The notes under the pieces are model-generated. The model was given only the letters and a program-made list of their open reading frames with translations. It was not told the DNA's origin and ran no database searches. From the NCBI GenBank assembly GCA_041164325.1, contig JBEAPQ010000326.1:1-55460 (forward strand): DNA of 55,460 nucleotides, given 5' to 3'. The position numbers and the translations under genes are program-made. This DNA comes from Planctomycetota bacterium. GTDB lineage: Bacteria; Planctomycetota; UBA1135; UBA2386. Shown piece after piece: positions 11,478-19,597 of the stretch (position 1 is the stretch's first letter; every line of letters begins with the position of its first letter).

Positions 11478-11646
11478 CGGGATCTCCGGGGGCCCTCATC
11501 AGCGTGATCCGGAACCGCAGGAGGGTCCCGGACGAAGGCCGCGCAAAATAGGCCTTCCGAGGGGCTCTATCAAGGGGAGCTCGTCGGTAGAATGCGCCCG
11601 CTCGAACGCGGAACCGAGTCGAGTCCGAGTCTCAAATCACTGGAAC

Positions 11647-12591
11647 ATGGTTGTTTACGAGCATCTAGCTGGCGTTCTGCCGGCTCGCGGTCGGGCGCAT
11701 CGCACCGCTGCGCCCTACGCGCGGATCGATGTTGTCGGGCCGGACGCGGCAGACTTCCTTCATCGGCTTTGCTCCCAGGAGATCCTCGGCATGGTCGATG
11801 GTGAGCTGCGGCCGGCGGCGTTCCTGTCGCCCAAGGGAAAGCTGGTGGCGACCGCCTACGTGGGGCGGGTCGGCGACGCGGTCTGGATCGAGGTCCAGGC
11901 CGGGCAGGCGGACACGCTGGCTGCACTCCTCGATCGCTACCACTTCACCGAGCGGCTGACGATCGCGCGCCCCGATGGGCTCGTCTGCACCGAGTTGCTC
12001 GGGCTGACCGGGGGCGATTGGGATGCGCTGGGCGGTCCTCCGCCGGGACGCTTCGAAGCCTCCGCGACCGGAGTGACCTTCGCGGGTGCGCGCCACGGGG
12101 TCCGTTGGCTCCGCCACCACGGTCCGGCAGGAGACCCCGGAGCGCTGGCGGCGGCAGCCGGGGAGCCTTCCCTCGACCCGGAGGTCGCCACGTGCTTGCG
12201 CCGTCTAGCCGGGCTGGTCGCGGTGGGCGTCGAGACCGAGGAGAACACGCTCGGCCTGGAAGCAGCCCTCGACGACCACGTGGCGACCGACAAGGGGTGC
12301 TACACCGGCCAGGAGATCGTCGCGCGTATCCACACCTACGGCCACGTCAACCGGACGTTGGCGCTGTTCCGCATCGCGACGGCGGAGCCCGTGGAGCGTG
12401 GGGCTCCGCTGATCGACGTCGACGACGGCGAGCCCGTCGGTCGCGTGCTCGCGGCGGGGCCGATTCCGGGGCGCGACGATCAGCTCGGCGTCGGCTTCCT
12501 CCCCGAGGTCCTCATCCGTGAGCCGGTTCCGCTGGCGCTCGGTTCAGAGGACGGCCCTGCGGTTCAGCTCGAAGCCTTGTCGCCGGCGTAG
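11647..12591 (+). CDS. ygfZ: YgfZ/GcvT-like folate-binding protein (Fe-S cluster assembly/repair factor family)
   Basis: Family signature DKGCYTGQEIVARIHTYGHVNR, plus GPDAADFLHRLCSQ. The ATG at 11647 (MVVYEHLAG) is preferred over the track start at 11464. The gene is divergent from iscR. Confidence 0.8.
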   Translation: MVVYEHLAGVLPARGRAHRTAAPYARIDVVGPDAADFLHRLCSQEILGMVDGELRPAAFLSPKGKLVATAYVGRVGDAVWIEVQAGQADTLAALLDRYHFTERLTIARPDGLVCTELLGLTGGDWDALGGPPPGRFEASATGVTFAGARHGVRWLRHHGPAGDPGALAAAAGEPSLDPEVATCLRRLAGLVAVGVETEENTLGLEAALDDHVATDKGCYTGQEIVARIHTYGHVNRTLALFRIATAEPVERGAPLIDVDDGEPVGRVLAAGPIPGRDDQLGVGFLPEVLIREPVPLALGSEDGPAVQLEALSPA

Positions 12592-13403
12592 ACGATCACG
12601 AAGACCGCACGCCCGGTCACGGCGCGGAGGCGCGGCATGGCCTCGCCCCGCAGCGCGACCGGCCCCTCGGCCGCCCGGATCACCTCGTCCCCGACCAGGG
12701 CCTCCCCCTCGGTCTCGACGTGGATCGCGACCTCGCCCGGATAGCTGCCGTGCCGCGGCATCGCGGGCGTCACCTCGGAGCCCTCCTCGGCGTGCAGTTC
12801 GTCGACGCAGAGTCCGAGCGCCTTGTAGTCGAACCCGAGCACGCGATGGTGCACGACGCCCGCCGGCGCTTCGACGGGCTCGATCCGCCGGGGCAGGATG
12901 GCTTCGCTCGACGTCAGGAATGCCTCCGCCGGCTTCCAGGTGCCGCTCACCGGATCGAACGCCTTGCCGCTGCCCGAGAGCGCGAGCAGCGGCTTCCGGC
13001 CGAGTTCTTCGCGCGGCGTCTCGGCGACCGGGAGTGCCGGTTGGCGCGCGGCGACCACCAGGATCGAGCCCGAGCCGTTCTGCGTCTGCCAGCGGGTGCG
13101 CGGCGGCAGGAACACGGCGACCGGCCGCTTGGGTTCGAACGGCGACGCGCGGAGGCCGCGGCGGATCCAGGAGCCGGCACCGGCGTACAGGTCGTGGGTA
13201 CCGCTCAGCACGAGCAGCAGGCCCTCGCCGTCGGGTGAGGGCTGGGGCTCTCCGTCCCCGGACACTTCGAACCGCTGGAACTCCAGGAGCCACCTGCTGT
13301 CGGCGTCGAAGCGGGCGATCCGCGCGGGCACAGGGCCGTCGGCGGGCGCGTAGGGGATGCGCTGCATGGGGTCTGGTCTGGGACCTTCGATGGGGTCAGG
13401 CAA
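12564..13403 (-). CDS. Hypothetical bicupin-like protein (weak resemblance to the KduI/IolB family)
   Basis: The 279-aa ORF has normal residue composition. LLLVLSGTHDLYAGAG...FEPKRPVAVFLPPRT recalls IolB-type cupins, but the family's HKHD-type motif is not seen. The function is not established. Confidence 0.55.
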   Translation of the reverse strand: MPDPIEGPRPDPMQRIPYAPADGPVPARIARFDADSRWLLEFQRFEVSGDGEPQPSPDGEGLLLVLSGTHDLYAGAGSWIRRGLRASPFEPKRPVAVFLPPRTRWQTQNGSGSILVVAARQPALPVAETPREELGRKPLLALSGSGKAFDPVSGTWKPAEAFLTSSEAILPRRIEPVEAPAGVVHHRVLGFDYKALGLCVDELHAEEGSEVTPAMPRHGSYPGEVAIHVETEGEALVGDEVIRAAEGPVALRGEAMPRLRAVTGRAVFVIVYAGDKASS

Positions 13404-13483
13404 GGCGGAGATCGGTCCTGCTCCGGGGGCCGTGGGAGCGGGCTCGTCCGGGTGGACGCGGAAAGAGGGCCCGGTCCGCGATG

Positions 13484-14833
13484 TCAGCCGACCACTTCGA
13501 TGCCGGCCTTGTCGAGCATGTCGGCGAGATCGCGCTGGGCGAGATCCTCGCGCAGTGCCTCGAGGAGTCCGGCGTCATCGGGTGCGGGCACGACCTTGGC
13601 CACCCGCACGAGACAGTAGCCCAGAGGGACGCGGACCGGTTCCGAGACCTGGAGGACCGGCAGCGAGAACGCGGCATCGAGAACGGCTTCGGGAATATCG
13701 TCCGAACCGCGCGCGAACAGGCCGAGGTCGCCGCCGCGCACCTTCGAGTAGGGGTCTTCGCTGTGGATCTGCGCGACGCGCAGGAAGGACTGTCCCTCGT
13801 CGAGCAGCGCCCGGACCCGCAGAGCCTCTTCGCGCGCCTCGTCGAACGTGCGCTTGACGATGGCGTTCGGCTCCTCGACGCCGCGGAGCAAGACGATCGA
13901 GACGGCGCGCTTCTCTCCGTGTGCGCGGAGGATCGAGACGCGGTCCTCGCGCAGCTGGCGCGCCAGTTCCTCGGGTGGGTGGGTCTTCGCCGCGAGCCGG
14001 GCGAGCTGGACCGTCGCGACCAGCTGCGGAGAGCGCGCGAGCTCGTCGACGGTGAGGCCCTGGGTCGACAGCAGCCAGTCGTCGTACCGGACCCCTGCGT
14101 AGCGGGGATCGCTCTCGATCTTCCGGCGACGCTCCGCGATCTCGGCGCGGGTGTCCTCTTCGGTGACGCGGATGCCGGCCTTCTCGGCCCGATGCTGGAG
14201 CAGCTCCCGCAGCACGATCCGGCGCACCATCTTGTTGCGCTCCTCCAGCGGCACGTTCGGCAGGATCTCGGCGCCGAGATCGGCCAGGTCGAAGCGCTTG
14301 GCGTCGACCTGCGCGACGATCGACGGCGACAGCGCGGTCTCGTCGAGGACGATCTTGTGCCGTCCCCGGGCCTCTTCGAGCCAGAGCCGCTGCAGTTCGG
14401 GCGTGACCTCCGCGGCGTCCCGGAGCTCGAGTTCCCTCATGACGAGGCGCTGGTGGGCGACCTGGAAGCGCACGAACTTCTGTTCGAACTGGGTGCGGTC
14501 CATCCGCTTCGCGACGAGGAAGTCCGAGAGCGTGGCTCCGGCCGCCTGGAGCTGGGCTTCGATCCCGTCGATGCAGGCGGCGACATCGGCATCCGAGGGC
14601 TCGATGCCGGCGTCCCGTGCCTCGATCGCGACCAGCTCCCGGTCGACCAGGACCTGCAGCGCTTCCTGGCCGTGCTCACCGCGCCGGTGGCGCTCACCGA
14701 CCTCGCGGGCGAGCTGGCTGCGTGTGACCGCGGCGGCCTTGCCGTCCGGCAGCCGGAACCGGGCGATGACACCGTCTCCCTGGGGGGCGGGAGCCGTGAC
14801 GATCCAGCAGAAGGCAGCAGCCAGGCTCAGCAT
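13484..14833 (-). CDS. SurA/PrsA-like periplasmic peptidyl-prolyl isomerase (parvulin domain)
   Basis: 449 aa with signal peptide MLSLAAAFCWIVTAPA, a long helical chaperone-like region and a C-terminal parvulin motif SEDPYSKVRGGDLGLFARG...PVRVPLGYCLVRV. Confidence 0.8.
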   Translation of the reverse strand: MLSLAAAFCWIVTAPAPQGDGVIARFRLPDGKAAAVTRSQLAREVGERHRRGEHGQEALQVLVDRELVAIEARDAGIEPSDADVAACIDGIEAQLQAAGATLSDFLVAKRMDRTQFEQKFVRFQVAHQRLVMRELELRDAAEVTPELQRLWLEEARGRHKIVLDETALSPSIVAQVDAKRFDLADLGAEILPNVPLEERNKMVRRIVLRELLQHRAEKAGIRVTEEDTRAEIAERRRKIESDPRYAGVRYDDWLLSTQGLTVDELARSPQLVATVQLARLAAKTHPPEELARQLREDRVSILRAHGEKRAVSIVLLRGVEEPNAIVKRTFDEAREEALRVRALLDEGQSFLRVAQIHSEDPYSKVRGGDLGLFARGSDDIPEAVLDAAFSLPVLQVSEPVRVPLGYCLVRVAKVVPAPDDAGLLEALREDLAQRDLADMLDKAGIEVVG

Positions 14834-14896
14834 GGCCGAGGTTATAGCCGGAGGCCTCGGGGTGATCCCAAGGCTCGCGTCCCGTAGGGCCGGCGT

Positions 14897-16465
14897 TCAC
14901 GTCCGCAGCAGCTGCGTCGTGGCGACCTCGGTCTCCGCCAGCGCAGCCGGTGCGCGCCGCGGCAGCTTCAGCACGAAGGTGGCCCCGAAGCCTGGTTCGC
15001 GCTCGCAGGTGATCGTGCCGCCGTGTGCTTCGGCGATCCGGCGTGCGACGGGCAGACCGAGTCCGAATCCGTCCGGCTTCGCGGTCATCGTCTCGCCGGC
15101 CTGGGCGAACAGTCCGAACACCCGATCGGTGTCCCGCGGGTCGAGGCCGGGTCCCTCGTCCCGGATGCAGACCTCCGACCACGTTGCATCCCCGCGGACC
15201 CGCACGTCGACGGTCGCTCCGTGCGGCGAGAACTTGATCGCGTTGTCGAGAAGGCCGTCGAGGATGCGGCCGATCCGACCGGCGTCGCAGTCCACCGGCG
15301 CACCGGCCCGCTCCTGGCCGGAGCGGATCAGCGTCAGGCCGCGGGCCTGGGCCGCGGCCTGCGCGCGCGACAGGGCCGCGTCGACGAGGTTCTCGATCGG
15401 CACCCGGGTCCGCTCGAGCTCGAGCGGCGCCGCTTCGAGGGCTGCGATCTCGAGCACGCTGTCGATCAGCTCGAGGAGTCGGCGTGATTCCTCGTCGACG
15501 ATGCCGAGGAACTCCGCGCGCTCCTCGGGGCTCCCGCCGTCGAACTTCCGCAGGATCTCGATCGAGGCCAGGATCGAAGTGAGCGGCGTGCGCATCTCGT
15601 GCGACACGTTCGACAGGAACGAGTCCTTCGCGCGGTCCAGGGAGCGCAGCGCCGAGTTGGCCTGCTCGAGTTCCTGCGTGCGCTGCGAGACCCTGTGCTC
15701 GAGCTCGCGGCGCGTCCGGGCCGTGTCGACACGGTGGCGCTCGACGGCGCGCGCCATCGCGTTGAAGCGGACGGCGAGGCGTCCGGCTTCGTCGCGCGAC
15801 GAAGCGGCGAGGCGCCGGTCGGTCTTCCCCTCGCTGACGTCGCGCATCGCGTCGGCAAGCTCCCGGAGCGGGTGCAGGACGCGCTGTGCCGCCCAGCCGG
15901 CGGCGGCCGTCGCGAGCACGACGAGCAGCGCCGCCCAGCCCAACAGCCGGGTGCGGAGCACAGCGCCCGCTGCTGCGGCCTCGGAGATCGGCACCGAGAC
16001 GACGGCCACCCGCGTCAGGTCGGCGTCGGCGGCGGCCGTCGCGATCAGGTGGGGGACTCCGCCGATGTCGGCGTGCACCACGCCCGGCGTGGGGCGTCGG
16101 AGCAGCGACAGCATGCGGTCGTCGGTCCCCGGAAGCGCAGCGACCAACGCGTAGCCCGCGGCGTCGGTCCGGGCGACGTGCACCGCGGCGCGCGCCGTGT
16201 CGGGCAGCTCTCGGCGCACGGTTGCGAAGCGCTCGCCCGGCGAGGCGTCCTCACGCTGCCGGAGGTCCTCGGCGAGCCTGCGTGCCGTCTGCAGCGCCCG
16301 GATCGCGCGAGGCGCCGTGAGCGTGTCTGACAGCTCCGCCGGGATGACGGCGACCAGAGCTCCGCCCCACGCCGCCATCAGCAGGGCGACCGTCAGGGCA
16401 AAGCGCAGCCCGAGGCTCTGCCCGATGCGGCTCCGGATCCGGCGCATCATGGCTGTGTCGGGCAT
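14897..16465 (-). CDS. Membrane sensor histidine kinase (2 TM + periplasmic loop, HAMP, HisKA, HATPase_c)
   Basis: 522 aa with H-box SFLSNVSHEMRTPLTSI, and ATP-lid motifs IRDEGPGL and GFGLGLPVARRIAEAHGG. No response regulator is seen anywhere in the window. Confidence 0.9.
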   Translation of the reverse strand: MPDTAMMRRIRSRIGQSLGLRFALTVALLMAAWGGALVAVIPAELSDTLTAPRAIRALQTARRLAEDLRQREDASPGERFATVRRELPDTARAAVHVARTDAAGYALVAALPGTDDRMLSLLRRPTPGVVHADIGGVPHLIATAAADADLTRVAVVSVPISEAAAAGAVLRTRLLGWAALLVVLATAAAGWAAQRVLHPLRELADAMRDVSEGKTDRRLAASSRDEAGRLAVRFNAMARAVERHRVDTARTRRELEHRVSQRTQELEQANSALRSLDRAKDSFLSNVSHEMRTPLTSILASIEILRKFDGGSPEERAEFLGIVDEESRRLLELIDSVLEIAALEAAPLELERTRVPIENLVDAALSRAQAAAQARGLTLIRSGQERAGAPVDCDAGRIGRILDGLLDNAIKFSPHGATVDVRVRGDATWSEVCIRDEGPGLDPRDTDRVFGLFAQAGETMTAKPDGFGLGLPVARRIAEAHGGTITCEREPGFGATFVLKLPRRAPAALAETEVATTQLLRT

Positions 16466-16524
16466 CGGACCGGGGCGGCCCGCGGATGGAGGAGTTCTCG
16501 ATCCGGGATCACGCCCCTGGCCAC

Positions 16525-17871
16525 TCAGGCGGACTGGGCGACCTCGGTCGAGGCGCGCCGCACGAGTTCCAGTTCGGGCTGGCCGTGGCGGACACGGACG
16601 CGGACCACGGCGCCCTGGCCGAGGGATTCCTGCAGGATCATGTCGGTCAGCGGATCCTCGATCTGCCGCTTGATCAGGCGGCGCAGCTCGCGCGCCCCGT
16701 ACTCCTCGGAGAAGCCTTCCCGCGCGAGGTGGGAGCGGACGCCGGGGGAGAACTCGATGCGGATGCCGTTGTGGTTCAGCAGGTCCTGGATCTCGCGGAG
16801 CATGCCGTGGGCGATCTGCGAGCAGACCTTCACGTCCAGCGGGTTGAAGACCACGATGTCGTCGATCCGGTTGACGAACTCGGGGCGGAACGCCTCCTTG
16901 AGCGCGTCGATGGTCGCGTCGCGCAGCGTGGAGCCTTCCATGGACACCCCACCCTTCCGGGCGAAGCCCATCCGGGAGCGGATCGCATCGATCTTCTCGA
17001 CGCCGAGGTTGCTCGTCAGGATGACGACCGTGTTCTCGAAGCTGATCTGCTGGCCCTTGCTGTCGGTCAGGATCCCCTCGTCGAGGAGCTGCAGCAGCAG
17101 GTTGTGGACCTTGGAGTGCGCCTTCTCGATCTCGTCGAACAAGACCACACAGGCGCCCTTCTTGCGGACCGACTCGGTCAGGTACCCGCCTTCGTTGTGG
17201 CCGATGTAGCCCGGAGGCGAGCCGATGAGCTTCGCGTACTCGTGGGGGAGCGCATACTCGGAGCAGTCGATCCGGATCAGGCTGCCCGGTCCGTCGAACA
17301 GCTCCTGGGCGAGGGCCTTCGCCAACTCGGTCTTGCCGGTGCCCGTGCGGCCGACCAGCAGGAAGGTGCCGATCGGGCGACCCGGGCGCTTGAGGCCGAC
17401 GGCCGCCTTCTTGACGGCGCGGACGAGACCCTCGACGGCCTGGTCCTGCCCGATGACCTGGGCCTTCAGCGCCTTCTCGAGCGCGCGGGCCTTCCGCTGC
17501 AGGGCCGAGGTGCCGGTGGTCGAGCCCGGGGCCTCGTGGCTATCCTGGCCTGCGGCCAGCCCCATGCCCTTGCCGGGAAGGCTGACCTGGTGGATCTCCA
17601 AGCCCGGATTCACGTCGATGCAGAGCTGGTAGAGCAGCTCTTCGACGATCTCGGGGTCGTAGTCCTCGTCCATCCGGGCGAGGGCGTTGCGGACCTCGCG
17701 ATGGAAGTCCGGCACGCAGGACTCGACCACGCGGGCGCGGTAGGACGCCTTGTTGGTGATCTCGTGGTTCAGGAACTCGGTGAGCAGCTCTTCCGTGCAG
17801 CAACGCACCCTGATGAACTCGTCGATCAGGTCGAAGTACTTGATCACCGTGCCTTCGTCGCCGTGCTTCAC
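16525..17871 (-). CDS. Single-ring AAA+ ATPase related to the ClpA/ClpB/ClpC D2 module, with an unassigned ~130-aa N-domain
   Basis: 448 aa with QVIGQDQAVEGLVRAV, Walker A GRTGTGKTELAKALA, Walker B VVLFDEIEKA and sensor-2 YGARELRRLIKRQIE. The GTG start at 17871 follows a GAGGGA Shine-Dalgarno sequence. Confidence 0.88.
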   Translation of the reverse strand: MKHGDEGTVIKYFDLIDEFIRVRCCTEELLTEFLNHEITNKASYRARVVESCVPDFHREVRNALARMDEDYDPEIVEELLYQLCIDVNPGLEIHQVSLPGKGMGLAAGQDSHEAPGSTTGTSALQRKARALEKALKAQVIGQDQAVEGLVRAVKKAAVGLKRPGRPIGTFLLVGRTGTGKTELAKALAQELFDGPGSLIRIDCSEYALPHEYAKLIGSPPGYIGHNEGGYLTESVRKKGACVVLFDEIEKAHSKVHNLLLQLLDEGILTDSKGQQISFENTVVILTSNLGVEKIDAIRSRMGFARKGGVSMEGSTLRDATIDALKEAFRPEFVNRIDDIVVFNPLDVKVCSQIAHGMLREIQDLLNHNGIRIEFSPGVRSHLAREGFSEEYGARELRRLIKRQIEDPLTDMILQESLGQGAVVRVRVRHGQPELELVRRASTEVAQSA

Positions 17872-18053
17872 TCGAATCCCTCGTCAGCCTGCGTCGTGGT
17901 CGAGACCGTCCTGTCCACCCGGTCGCCCCCGTGCCTCGGGTGCGACCGCCGGAGCCACCCGACGTCCTCGGACCAGCAGGTCGAGGGCATGCGGAACCGA
18001 TGGCCCGTCCCGAGCTATCGGTTTCGTGAGGAGTCGTTCTTGAGGGGCGTTCG

Positions 18054-19169
18054 ATGACAGCACGCAGGCCAGGATCGAGATCGGTGGACCGAAATCGCAC
18101 GCCGGGCCCGCGCGGCTCCGGGCCGGATCGAGCGGCGGTGACGAAGCTGCTCGCGGCGCTCGTCCACCGCGGCATGCTGGCTCCCGAGGATGCGCGTCAG
18201 GCCCTCGCAGCGGCCGACCCCGGTGCGCATCTCGTCGCGCGGGGTCGCGTGGACACAGCAACCTGGGACGAGTGGGTGCGGACCGAGGCTGGGACCCGCC
18301 CGCAGCTGAGCCGCTACGAGCTCGGCCCGGTCCTCGGGGAGGGTGGGCAGGCGCGCGTGTTCCGGGCCGTCGATCGGACCGACGGCAACGCCGTCGCCCT
18401 GAAGGTGCTGCGCCCCGAGATCGCGAAGGACCAGAAGGCGGTGCAGCGATTCGTGGCCGAGTCGCGCCTGCTGATCGACCTCGCGCACCCCCACATCGTT
18501 CGTGGCCAGCGCGTCGCGCGCGAGGGCGCGACCGTGTTCTGCGCGATGGAGGTCGTCGAGGGCGAGTGCCTGCAGCAGGTGCTCGAGCGGGAGGGCGCCC
18601 TCGGCGAAGAGGATGCGCTCCGCGTGGTCCGCGATGTGGCCGCGGCGCTGTCCCACCTGCACGGGCGGGGCCTCGTGCATCGGGACGTCAAGCCCGGCAA
18701 CGTCATGCGGGCGGCCGACGGGCGGGCGGTGCTGATCGACCTCGGCTTCGCGGTCGGCGGTGCCGACGAAGGCGGCGAGACGACGGCCGGGACGGTCCAC
18801 TACATCGCGCCCGAGCAGGCGCGCGGCCACGCGGGTCTCGACGTCCGGGCCGACATCTACGCTCTCGGCGCCACGCTCTACCACCTCGTGACCGGCTCGC
18901 TGCCCTTCGCCGGCAAGACCAGCGAGGAAGTCCTCGCGAAGCAGGTGCTGGAGTCGCTGTCCGGTGCCCGCATCCGTGCGCTGGAGATCTCGCCGCAGGT
19001 CCACTACCTGATCGAGAAGATGATGGCGAAGGAGAAGGAGATCCGCTTCCAGGACCCACACCAGCTCGCGCGGGAAGTGGACGCCGTGCTGACGCAGCGC
19101 CGTCACGAGGAAGCCGGACACGACACGGACTCGCCGGCCCGCCGCATGCTCCGGCGGAGGCGGCGTTGA
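18054..19169 (+). CDS. Hanks-type Ser/Thr protein kinase
   Basis: 371 aa with LGEGGQARVF, VALKVL, HRDVKPGNVM, DLGFA and VHYIAPEQ. A GAGGGG Shine-Dalgarno sequence precedes the ATG. Confidence 0.9.
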   Translation: MTARRPGSRSVDRNRTPGPRGSGPDRAAVTKLLAALVHRGMLAPEDARQALAAADPGAHLVARGRVDTATWDEWVRTEAGTRPQLSRYELGPVLGEGGQARVFRAVDRTDGNAVALKVLRPEIAKDQKAVQRFVAESRLLIDLAHPHIVRGQRVAREGATVFCAMEVVEGECLQQVLEREGALGEEDALRVVRDVAAALSHLHGRGLVHRDVKPGNVMRAADGRAVLIDLGFAVGGADEGGETTAGTVHYIAPEQARGHAGLDVRADIYALGATLYHLVTGSLPFAGKTSEEVLAKQVLESLSGARIRALEISPQVHYLIEKMMAKEKEIRFQDPHQLAREVDAVLTQRRHEEAGHDTDSPARRMLRRRRR

Positions 19170-19561
19170 GCGAAGATGGTCGCGGGGAGCGCGCCGCGCA
19201 GGACGGGTATCCGTTCACGTTCCGGTGTCGTCGATCCGGCAACTGCTGCGCGCGTCCCGGCGGCTTCGTGCGCGTGGGGCCTGAGGACATCGCGGCGATC
19301 GCGGACCACCTGGGCATGTCGGAGGCCGGCGTGCGCGCGCGGTTCGTCGCGCTCTCCGGCGACCGGCTCCGCGAAGGAACGGGTGGCCGGTGTGTCTTCC
19401 TGGCGGACGGGCTCCACGCCGGATGCAGCATCTACCCGGTCCGCCCGGAGAAGTGCCGCACGTGGCCGTTCTGGCCAGAACTCCTCACGTCGGAAGAGGC
19501 GCTGGGTCAGGCCGAGCGACTGTGTCCGGGGATCGAGCCCCGGACGCCCGACATGCCTTGA
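19166..19561 (+). CDS. YkgJ-family (CxxCxxCC-type) Zn/Fe-chelating cysteine-cluster protein
   Basis: The tail of track ORF 18272-19561 reads YPFTFRCRRSGNCCARPGGFVRVGPEDIAAIADHLGMS...CVFL...GCSIYPVRPEKCRTWPFWPELL. The proposed TTG start at 19166 overlaps the kinase stop (TTGA). The start is uncertain. Confidence 0.7.
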   Translation: MSEDGRGERAAQDGYPFTFRCRRSGNCCARPGGFVRVGPEDIAAIADHLGMSEAGVRARFVALSGDRLREGTGGRCVFLADGLHAGCSIYPVRPEKCRTWPFWPELLTSEEALGQAERLCPGIEPRTPDMP

Positions 19562-19597
19562 CCAACCGGCGACGGGCGCGACGATCGCGCGCTCGCC

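Noticed and set aside
11615-11631. Triple direct repeat CGAGTC-GAGTC-CGAGTC just upstream of the ygfZ start, considered as an IscR/Rrf2 operator
   Set aside because: It is too short and it is direct rather than inverted. It does not match the known IscR type 1 or type 2 site patterns that I can recall. It could occur by chance in GC-rich DNA.
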